From Escherichia coli (GTDB taxonomy: Bacteria; Pseudomonadota; Gammaproteobacteria; Enterobacterales; Enterobacteriaceae), in assembly GCF_044647545.1 (NCBI RefSeq), contig NZ_CP172818.1: 64,000 bases of DNA. One strand, written 5' to 3'. Position numbers and translations under genes: made by a program. Under the pieces are notes generated by a model. The model did not search any database and was not told the origin of the DNA. It worked only from the letters and a program-made list of their open reading frames with translations. Shown one piece after another: positions 9,480 through 17,923 of this stretch. Numbering within the stretch: the first letter of the stretch is position 1; each line of letters starts with the position of its first letter.

Positions 9480-10181
9480 ATGACACAGGCAGAACGCCGC
9501 CATGACCGGCTGGCTGTCAGGCTGTCACTGATAATCAGCCGTCTGGTTGCGGGTGAAACGTTGAGCGTGCGCAAACTGGCGGCTGAGTTTGGCGTGTCAG
9601 TGCGCACGCTGCGGCGTGATTTTCGTGAACGACTGATGTATCTGGACCTGGAGTATCAGTCCGGATACTGCCGCTTACGCACTGCTGGCAGTGAGATGCA
9701 GATGGTGCCCGACGTGCTTATCTTTGCCCACCGCAGCGGGCTGGCCGGGCTTTTTCCCGGCCTTGACCGCCGTCTGGTGAATGCACTGCTGATGTGCGAT
9801 GAGTCTCCCTGCGTGATAGCACCAGCCAATCCGGTTCCTTCGCCTTCAGGAGCATTGTCTTTCTGGAGACTGATTCAGGCCATTACCGGGCGCAGGCGGG
9901 TGACGCTGATTGCAGAGGGGCGACGCTGTGAGCGCCTAGCTCCCTGCCGGTTACTCATCCACCAGCAGACCTGGTATCTGGTGGCTGAACACGAAGGGCA
10001 TATCGCCGTATTCACACTTGATGAAATCCATCTGATTCAGCCTTTGCAGGAGACTTTTCGCCGCAATGACAGTCTGTGTCGCCTGGTTGAAGACCCGGTC
10101 TTCATTCAGGCCTTACCCCATTTTCGCTTTATCCAGCATTCACTGCTTACGTTTGTTCCGGCCGACAGCCCACCGGAATAG
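9480..10181 (+). CDS. yfjR: HTH plus WYL-domain transcriptional regulator, 233 aa
   Basis: N-terminal HTH-like segment ([21 protein letters not shown]) and a WYL motif ([11 protein letters not shown]) visible in the translation. Confidence 0.85.
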
Positions 10182-10221
10182 CGCAGGCGTTGTTATCAAC
10201 CCGGCAACATGGAGGAGCCCA

Positions 10222-10458
10222 GTGCCCGTTATTGCCATTATCGCCATTGTTATCATCGTCATCATTCTGAACAAAACCGGAGTGTCCGACAGCCTCACGG
10301 CCCTGACACTTGCAACCGTTGCCGCACTACTGACGGGAGGTGGTGCAGCCGGTGCTGCCAGTGTCGCGCTGACGCCGTTCGTCGGCGTGCCGGTGGGTAT
10401 TTTTGTGGGAATTTATGTCTTTGCCAAAGTGGTTCGTCTGATTTCAGGGAAAAAATAA
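10222..10458 (+). CDS. ypjK: Small hydrophobic membrane protein, about 78 aa
   Basis: GTG start at 10222 preceded by GGAGGA; two hydrophobic segments; stop overlaps the yfjS start (TAATG). Confidence 0.55.
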   Translation: MPVIAIIAIVIIVIILNKTGVSDSLTALTLATVAALLTGGGAAGAASVALTPFVGVPVGIFVGIYVFAKVVRLISGKK

Positions 10459-10901
10459 TGAAACGTAAAACACTACCTCTGCTGGCGCTGGTTGCCACCT
10501 CTCTGTTTCTGAGCGCCTGCGATGACAGGAGTGATGACCTCAAAGCTATCAGTAAATTTAAGGACCTCACGCCCCCGCGCTTCAGCGATGTGGTCAGCCG
10601 TCAGGATGATGTCAGCGAAGAATGGTCACAGGTTGGCTTCTCATCCGGTCTCACCCTGCAGGTCTTACGTACCCGTGAGTCGCCCGATGGTTGCGAGGGT
10701 GGCAGTTACTACTATCTGGTAGATATGGAGGAGAAAACCGTCCAGCCGCTGATGAATGCGCTTTGTATTGCCGACAATATCAAACTGGAATACCACGAAG
10801 TTACGGACCCGTATACGAAAGAAAAATACTTCGAATATTCCCATGACGGCAAACTGATGGGACGGCTGCTGATACCGTCAAACCCTGATAACCGGGAATA
10901 A
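10458..10901 (+). CDS. yfjS: Lipoprotein, 147 aa
   Basis: Signal peptide with lipobox LSAC; ATG at 10458; the longer listed ORF from 10209 is an upstream extension in the same frame. Confidence 0.8.
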   Translation: MKRKTLPLLALVATSLFLSACDDRSDDLKAISKFKDLTPPRFSDVVSRQDDVSEEWSQVGFSSGLTLQVLRTRESPDGCEGGSYYYLVDMEEKTVQPLMNALCIADNIKLEYHEVTDPYTKEKYFEYSHDGKLMGRLLIPSNPDNRE

Positions 10902-10924
10902 AAACAACGAGAAAGGAGACATAA

Positions 10925-11392
10925 ATGAAAATACGTTCACTAAGCCGGTTTGTACTGGCAAGTACAATGTTCGCCAGCTTTACAGCCTCTGCGGTCCCCG
11001 GACTCTGGCAACAGGGGTACGGTCAGGGCAATGCGGAATACAGTGTGACGGATGCCAGCGGAAAGATGTTTACCATCAACTGCACGGGAAATCCGGACCA
11101 GAACGGTATTTACCAGCACTCGGTTTTTCTGATCCTCGCCGGGGATAAAACGGTCAGCTCGCATGATGACAGTACCGGCATCACAGTGGTGATGGACCAT
11201 AAGCAATATGCCATTCCCTCAACCCTTGGCTGGCGTAACGGAGATAATGCCTGGTTCAGCTTCATCATGGATATCCGTAAGGCCCGGCAGTTCGACGTCT
11301 ACGTCAATGACCAGAAAGTTGGATCGTTTAACCCTGATGTTCGGAATGCACAAAAGGTCCTGCCAACATTAGCGGACTGCACTAACGACTGA
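10925..11392 (+). CDS. yfjT: Secreted/periplasmic protein, 155 aa
   Basis: Intact ORF with N-terminal signal peptide; RBS GGAGA upstream. Confidence 0.8.
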   Translation: MKIRSLSRFVLASTMFASFTASAVPGLWQQGYGQGNAEYSVTDASGKMFTINCTGNPDQNGIYQHSVFLILAGDKTVSSHDDSTGITVVMDHKQYAIPSTLGWRNGDNAWFSFIMDIRKARQFDVYVNDQKVGSFNPDVRNAQKVLPTLADCTND

Positions 11393-11787
11393 CGGCTGCG
11401 CCTTCCCTACCATAACAACCCTGATTGCCTCCGGCGGTCGGGGGTTTCTTTTTTCTCCTTAATCTCCAGAGGTAGGCCACGTACTTTCGAACGATGAGCG
11501 CAGTGGTCAGTTTTTTTCAGATATATTTATCTTTTTTTGGCTGTAAGCTCCGCTGTGAGCGCAGGCTGTGTGAAAACTCCTGATCACTTCTTGGTCTAAG
11601 CGATGGTTTCATATGATCAACCATTCTTGATAAACCCATGCGACGAACTGACTTTTTCATTAAAATTAGAAATATACGAATGAATACTGCGGATACCGAC
11701 ATGGCCAATCACATTCAAGGACAAGGCAGGCACCAGGTGACATTACTCCCTGATGCACTGGATGATTTTGTCACTGAAGATAACTTA

Positions 11788-11931
11788 AGTAAGTTTAATC
11801 AGTTCATCACGGGTCGGTGGCATATCGAGATAATTAATTATTGTCGGTTCGTTGCCGTTGTTATGAAGCATCTCCAGCGTGTTGCGTGAGGTGCCACAGG
11901 CCGGGTTGTGATAGATGGTAATGTTGCTCAT
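11788..11931 (-). pseudogene. Arsenate reductase ArsC N-terminal fragment (47 codons)
   Basis: Reverse-strand translation MSNITIYHNPACGTSRNTLEM... matches the ArsC N-terminus and then hits a premature stop. Confidence 0.7.
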
Positions 11932-11943
11932 ATCAGTATCTAA

Positions 11944-12935
11944 TTACAAAGTGACAGAGAGCCGCCACGCCAGCGCGGCCAGAGTGACAAACAGCACCGG
12001 CACAGTCATGACAATGCCGGTACGGAAGTAATATCCCCAAGTGATTGTCATATTTTTCTGGGCAAGCACATGCAGCCACAGCAGAGTTGCCAGACTGCCA
12101 ATCGGGGTGATTTTCGGGCCTAAATCACAGCCAATCACATTGGCATAAATCATTGCCTCTTTGACGACGCCAGTCGCCGTACTCCCGTCAATCGACAGCG
12201 CACCAATCAGCACCGTCGGCATATTGTTCATCACTGATGAGAGAAATGCCGTCAAGAAGCCGGTGCCGAACGTCGCTGCCCATAACCCCTTGTCTGCCAG
12301 CAGATTCAGCACGCCAGACAGGTACTCCGTGAACCCTGCATTGCGCAGGCCATAGACCACGATGTACATGCCCAGTGAGAAAATAACGATCTGCCATGGC
12401 GCACCGCGCAGGACTTTTCCGGTGTTGATCGAATGACCTCTTTTCGCCACCACAAACAGCACTGCTGCGCCAGCGGCCGCTATCGCACTGACCAGGATTC
12501 CCTGCGGCTCCAGAAAGAAGAAACCGACAAGCAGCAATAACAGGACAATCCAGCCCGCCCTGAAGGTTGCCAGATCCTTGATCGCACTGGCAGGCGTCTT
12601 CAGCAGCGAAACTTAATACGTTGCCGGAATAACTCTGCGAAAGAAGAGATACAGCATAATCAGCGTGGCCGCAATCGCTGCCGCATCCACGGAGATCATA
12701 ACGGAGGCGTACTGCGCAAAGCTCAGACCGAAGAAGTCCGCCGAGACGATATTCACCAGGTTAGAAACAATGAGCGGCAGGCTGGCCGTATCTGCAATAA
12801 ATCCTGCAGCCATGACAAAGGCCAGTGTCGTGCCCTGGCTGAACCCAGTGCGATCAGCATCGCAATCACAATCGGCGTCAGGATCAGCGCGGCGCCGTCA
12901 TTGGCAAACAACGCATCAACAGCGGCACCGAGCAA
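11944..12935 (-). pseudogene. Arsenite efflux pump ArsB, N-terminally truncated and frameshifted
   Basis: Three reverse-strand ORF fragments (197, 66 and 60 aa) in different frames, all ArsB-like membrane sequence; the N-terminal roughly 100 aa is missing where AT-rich DNA begins. Confidence 0.8.
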
Positions 12936-13094
12936 GACTTTCCAGGTGAACAGCGCTCTAGGTAGGAACTTTGTCGTTGATAGAGTCTTCAGCCATCAAC
13001 ACTGTATCGAGTAATGAAATTGGTTGCTAGAAAGTCGATGATTTGTTGCGTATGATTAAAAATCAACCTTAAAGGCTTTATACATGGATTTGCT

Positions 13095-14798
13095 ATGGCT
13101 TTTGTATCAGAAAGAGAAATTGTAAGAAAGATATTTAGCAAAAAAATTGACTTTACGATCTTGGCATTTTTCTATATTTCCTCTATTTTTTTTCTTCTTT
13201 GTAGTGGCGTTCTCTTTCAATATTTTACCGCTGCCTTCACAAAAGGTAATTGTTATGAATGCTCAATGAAACTTGATTACATAAAACAATTTTATTTTTC
13301 ACTGGAAACCGCATGGTACCTCATATCTGCTGTTGCAGTATTTATTGCATCTGTTTTTATACAGCATAGAATTAAAGCTTATTTAACATTATTAGCTATT
13401 ACATGGATTGTACTAACAATAACAGATGTGGCGTTAATACACGCCTTAGACAATATAGCCATGAATAATATTTTGTTAAATATACTATATAATCTTTTTG
13501 GGGCGATTTTATTGTCACTGTTTATGTGTTTATCAAATTCCCTCCTTTTCCACCTTAATAAGATAAAACATATTCCAATGATTTTATCGGCAATGATTCC
13601 ATTAGTTTCCGCAATAATAATAGCCATACTCATAACCGCTGTTATATATTTATTGTTTGCCCGGCAGGCGGTAGAGATTGAGATGGATATATCTGAAGGT
13701 TCAGACATCGCATATGTAGGTGTAAAAGATAATGAGGAATCATTTGGGTTTTTAAATGATAAAAAAACAGACACACCAACGTATCTGGATGTAATCAAAA
13801 ATGGTAGTTTGATATATAATGATACACAGGGTTTAAGTGGTGCTGATATTTATATTGTCTCCGGTTGTTATGCCCTTCCAGATTTACTTCGCAATGTACC
13901 GCTTGATGCTAAAAAATCTTTTCTGAATGTAAAAAAGCTAGAAATCACACAGAAACTTCCAATGATGGGGTTCATACAAGGTGAATCCGCTGATGTGATG
14001 CCTAAAGCAGCATCCAGGTTAAGTTTGAGCAAGCAAGATGATAAATTTATGCTAGCCTCAAGTGTTACTGACTCTCAAATAAAATTTAAATCAAACAATG
14101 CACAATTGATGGTTGCTTTCGCATTTATGCCAATAACAACGAATGGTATTTTACATGATTATACATACGATATAATAATAAATGATAAAAAATATAAAAT
14201 TGAAAATCATGTTGCACCTCTATCTAGGCTTGATAAAAATAAGAAGATGAAGTGTGAATACCAGCAAATATCGGATTTAACAAATACGTATAACATTAAT
14301 GCAAATTACTTAACGGGTTTTTTACTTGTCCTAAAACCAGATGATATTATTAATTACAACAATAGCCCTTCCGTACTACTCAAGACTGATTTTGCGTTCT
14401 ATAAAAAAACATACCAGAAGCTTGATAAAATATATGATGACATAAGCAATGGAAAATTATCTTCACTGAGAGCAACAGGTATCTCCCAGTTTAGTATCAA
14501 CGGGAAACATTTGTCGTTAAGGCCAGAATCGGAGATTATTATTTCTGAAGGGAGTTTGTATGGACTAGTTAATAAAAGCAAAAAAATCAAAATATATGGC
14601 ACAGCAGATCTTGTTTTTGTTGATAACAAGATAATGAACCTTCGTAAAATAACTTATTTGCAATCTAAGCTAGAAATTTTTGGTTCTTCTATTATGGATA
14701 TATTAAAGTATATATTTGGTTTAGGTCTGCTAGCAATTTCTATAAAATTCATTCATTCTTACTTTAAGAATGATGTGAATGAAAATTTATTCTTGTAA
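13095..14798 (+). CDS. yfjW: AT-rich inner-membrane protein, 567 aa, function unknown
   Basis: 567-aa ORF; strongly hydrophobic N-terminal about 190 aa followed by a hydrophilic Asn/Lys-rich domain; very low GC. Confidence 0.75.
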   Translation: MAFVSEREIVRKIFSKKIDFTILAFFYISSIFFLLCSGVLFQYFTAAFTKGNCYECSMKLDYIKQFYFSLETAWYLISAVAVFIASVFIQHRIKAYLTLLAITWIVLTITDVALIHALDNIAMNNILLNILYNLFGAILLSLFMCLSNSLLFHLNKIKHIPMILSAMIPLVSAIIIAILITAVIYLLFARQAVEIEMDISEGSDIAYVGVKDNEESFGFLNDKKTDTPTYLDVIKNGSLIYNDTQGLSGADIYIVSGCYALPDLLRNVPLDAKKSFLNVKKLEITQKLPMMGFIQGESADVMPKAASRLSLSKQDDKFMLASSVTDSQIKFKSNNAQLMVAFAFMPITTNGILHDYTYDIIINDKKYKIENHVAPLSRLDKNKKMKCEYQQISDLTNTYNINANYLTGFLLVLKPDDIINYNNSPSVLLKTDFAFYKKTYQKLDKIYDDISNGKLSSLRATGISQFSINGKHLSLRPESEIIISEGSLYGLVNKSKKIKIYGTADLVFVDNKIMNLRKITYLQSKLEIFGSSIMDILKYIFGLGLLAISIKFIHSYFKNDVNENLFL

Positions 14799-15268
14799 CG
14801 CATTTGGCTCCAATTGGAGCCTTTTTATGACTATTTATTAAAATATCCTAAGTTAAGCCTGTTTTTAAAGCAGGCTTGAGCGTGAAGCGGACACTCATAC
14901 CTGCTTTAAAGTGGCGTTTTTGTCGTTACCCATACCTATATTTTCTGTTGTTTAACTGCCAGAACTGAGCGGTTGAAAAGCCAGAAATATGCCGAGCCAG
15001 CGGCATGGAAGCGCCAGCAGCTGTTGAATGGAGTACTGTAGGCAAATGGTGCCGTAACCGGCTTTCGTACTGAAAGGTTCTGTCTATCCCATCCCTTCTC
15101 TTGTATCTAACATTTAGTTGTGAATAGCTACTGTAAATGCCCCTACAAAATGAACCATTATTTTTAGAGGGCGTCTGGCACTCCAACTTCCGCTTTTGGC
15201 ACAGAACGGCCTATCAGCAATATAAAAGCATTCAGATATATATCATTTCTACAAACATACCCGATTAA

Positions 15269-15300
15269 CGGCAGAATCTCAGGATTCTGCCGCTTTTTTA
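15269..15300 (+). terminator. Terminator-like hairpin, second copy of the yfjP-type leader
   Basis: CGGCAGAATC...GATTCTGCCG stem plus T-run; flanks align with 7399-7492. Confidence 0.45.
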
Positions 15301-15321
15301 TTATTTTTCAGGGGAGTAGTA

Positions 15322-15695
15322 ATGAGCAACTCTGAAGGTTGGTAGTCATTTTAGCAAACGCTTTCTGGTCTGCCGCAGTGGGCATCGGCTGATTGCGTAG
15401 CAGGGCCACTGGTATCTGCCGGTATCACCGACATTAACATTGAAGACGACCAGGGCATTCACGTCCGCCTGATAGTTCGTGATGCCGAAGGTCGGATGGT
15501 TGGCGGGCATGGAACTTTGAACCGGACGCCGGTGAAGGTTTTAACCGCTATATCCACAGGTCAGGCATCCGCACCGACACCTTCCCCCGCTGACTCCGAA
15601 TCATTTACCAGCAACATTTCACCTTCCCAAACGCGCTTTATTACCTCATACGCCAGCCATCGCCGCTGGCGTTTTTTATTCACGGAGACATACCC
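15322..15695 (+). pseudogene. Degenerate remnant beginning with a yfjP-like N-terminus
   Basis: ATG after the duplicated leader gives MSNSEGW then stop; downstream frames retain ...QTLSGLPQW..., resembling YfjP residues 12-20, but no intact ORF. Confidence 0.4.
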
Positions 15696-16154
15696 ATGAC
15701 AACACAGACACAGTACGACCTCGTACCCGCTAACGGATCCGAATTTGAGTTGAGCGTAACGCAGGTACCCGATGAACAGCATATCCGCTTCTGGCCGCAG
15801 CACTTTGGCACCATCCCGCAGTGGATAACGCTGGAACCGCGCATTTTCGCCTGGATGGACCGCTTCTGTGATGAGTACTGCGGGGGTATCTGGTCCTTTT
15901 ACACGCTCAGCAATGGCGGAGCGTTTATGGCTCCTGATGCTGACGGTGACGATAAATGGCATTTGCTCAACGGCATGAATGGCAATGGTGCGGAAATGAG
16001 CGCGGAAGCCGCAGGTATCGCTGTCTGCCTGATTGAATATAGCCATCACGCCTGCCTCACCGAATGCGATGCCATGACGGAGCACTATTACCGCCTGCGG
16101 GATTACGCTCTGCAGCACCCTGAATCCAGCGCCATTATGCGCATTATTGATTAA
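15696..16154 (+). CDS. yfjX: Antirestriction protein (ArdB/KlcA-like), 152 aa
   Basis: 152-aa ORF recognised as YfjX-family antirestriction protein. Confidence 0.85.
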   Translation: MTTQTQYDLVPANGSEFELSVTQVPDEQHIRFWPQHFGTIPQWITLEPRIFAWMDRFCDEYCGGIWSFYTLSNGGAFMAPDADGDDKWHLLNGMNGNGAEMSAEAAGIAVCLIEYSHHACLTECDAMTEHYYRLRDYALQHPESSAIMRIID

Positions 16155-16162
16155 GGATACTC

Positions 16163-16645
16163 ATGATGGAACAGTCACTCATCCCACAGACACCGGTACT
16201 TCCACTGACCGCACAACGCACGGTAAAACGCGCCTTAACGCTGCTTGACCGACACCTGCGCGAAACAGGCGTGGCATTCACCTCCACTCAGGCTGCTCGT
16301 GACTGGCTGAAGCTGAAAATGGCGGGGCTGGAGCGTGAAGAATTTATGATGCTGTATCTGAACCAGCAGAACCAGTTGATTGCCCACGAAACCCTGTTTG
16401 CCGGTTCTATTAGCAGTACCGAGGTACATCCCCGTGAGGTGGTCAAACGCGCCCTGTATTTCAATGCAGCAGCAGTGATACTGGCGCATAACCACCCCTC
16501 CGGCGACACTACTCCCAGCCAGGCAGATAAGACTATAACGCAGCGTCTGGTGCAGGCGCTTCAGCTCGTTGATATCCGTGTCCCTGACCATCTGATTGTT
16601 GGTGGCAGGCAAATCTATTCGTTCGCAGAACACGGTCTGCTTTGA
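16163..16645 (+). CDS. yfjY: RadC-like JAB-domain protein, 160 aa
   Basis: JAB/MPN metal-binding motif HNHPSGD visible in the translation. Confidence 0.85.
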   Translation: MMEQSLIPQTPVLPLTAQRTVKRALTLLDRHLRETGVAFTSTQAARDWLKLKMAGLEREEFMMLYLNQQNQLIAHETLFAGSISSTEVHPREVVKRALYFNAAAVILAHNHPSGDTTPSQADKTITQRLVQALQLVDIRVPDHLIVGGRQIYSFAEHGLL

Positions 16646-16854
16646 GGTATTACATGAGAATTATCAGTAAACGCCGGGCAATGACGATATACCGCCAGCA
16701 TCCTGAGTCCCGAATCTTTCGCTACTGCACCGGAAAATATCAGTGGCACGGTAGCGTCTGTCATTACACCGGCAGGGATGTTCCGGATATCACAGGAGTC
16801 CTGGCTGTGTACGCCGAACGCCGCAGGACCGCAGCGGACCGTATGCTTGACTGA
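16642..16854 (+). CDS. ypjJ: DUF987 small protein
   Basis: Small ORF overlapping the yfjY stop by 4 bp; conserved position ahead of the toxin-antitoxin pair; exact start uncertain. Confidence 0.65.
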   Translation: MRYYMRIISKRRAMTIYRQHPESRIFRYCTGKYQWHGSVCHYTGRDVPDITGVLAVYAERRRTAADRMLD

Positions 16855-16891
16855 TGAGTATCACCCTGAACTGACAATAAAGAGGTTATGA

Positions 16892-17209
16892 ATGAGCAAC
16901 ACCACATGGGGCCTGCAGCGAGATATCACGCCGCGCCTGGGAGCACGTCTGGTGCAGGAGGGCAACCAGCTGCACTATCTGGCTGACCGGGCCAGTATCA
17001 CCGGTAAGTTTAGTGACGCCGAATGTCCTAAGCTGGATGTGGTATTTCCACATTTTATCAGCCAGATAGAGTCGATGCTGACCACTGGTGAACTGAATCC
17101 CCGCCATGCCCAATGCGTCACCCTGTACCACAACGGTTTTACCTGCGAAGCCGATACTCTTGGTAGTTGCGGCTACGTATACATCGCTGTTTACCCCACT
17201 CAACGCTAA
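16892..17209 (+). CDS. yfjZ: CbeA-family type IV antitoxin, 105 aa
   Basis: 105-aa ORF recognised as YfjZ/CbeA family; immediately upstream of the cognate toxin. Confidence 0.85.
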   Translation: MSNTTWGLQRDITPRLGARLVQEGNQLHYLADRASITGKFSDAECPKLDVVFPHFISQIESMLTTGELNPRHAQCVTLYHNGFTCEADTLGSCGYVYIAVYPTQR

Positions 17210-17229
17210 CTAATTTCACGAGAGCAAGC

Positions 17230-17559
17230 ATGAACACTCTACCTGCTACAATTTCGCAGGCGGCGAAGCCCTGCCTGTCGCCAGTGGCTGTCTGGCAAAT
17301 GCTACTGACACGCCTGCTGGAACAACACTATGGCCTGACACTGAACGACACGCCGTTCAGTGATGAAACTGTTATTAAGGAACATATCGATGCTGGTATC
17401 ACTCTGGCCGATGCAGTCAATTTTCTGGTGGAAAAGTACGAACTGGTACGTATCGATCACAGAGGATTTTCGTGGCAACAACAGTCTCCATATATTTCCG
17501 TAGTAGATATTCTGCGAGCAAGGCGCTCTACCGGCTTGCTAAAAACTAATGTGAAATAA
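17230..17559 (+). CDS. ypjF: CbtA-family type IV toxin, 109 aa
   Basis: ATG at 17230 ([10 protein letters not shown]...); the listed ORF has an N-terminal extension. Confidence 0.85.
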   Translation: MNTLPATISQAAKPCLSPVAVWQMLLTRLLEQHYGLTLNDTPFSDETVIKEHIDAGITLADAVNFLVEKYELVRIDHRGFSWQQQSPYISVVDILRARRSTGLLKTNVK

Positions 17560-17923
17560 ACGCTTAAATACAGAGCAGACTGAAGGAAAGCAAAATGCTA
17601 ATCTCATAGACGAAGAGACTCCCGCTGTAACCTCCCCTCCCCCGAAAAAACCTGACATTTTCTTTTAGGACCAACAATGGGACCAAAATGAAAATTGAAC
17701 TGAAGATTACAATCAATTTAACAACAAGTTACACAACCAATTCAACTCCCGCCAGCTCCACCAATCATGATTGGACGGTGTAAGGACAACACCAATAAAA
17801 ACAGGAAGTTAGCAGTCTCAGCAGGACACCGACCAGACGGTGAGGAGACAAAAAAGGATACGCAAAGGAGCCGCGGCCCCTGGTGATATGAAAGCCCACA
17901 GATGTGGGCTTTTTCGTTGATGG

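Noticed and set aside
10209-10901. 230-aa ORF starting at 10209
   Set aside because: An upstream extension of yfjS in the same frame; the lipoprotein signal peptide begins at ATG 10458 and the region 10222-10458 is better explained by ypjK in another frame.
15561-16118. 185-aa minus-strand ORF
   Set aside because: Antisense to the antirestriction gene yfjX and the degenerate region upstream; no independent support.
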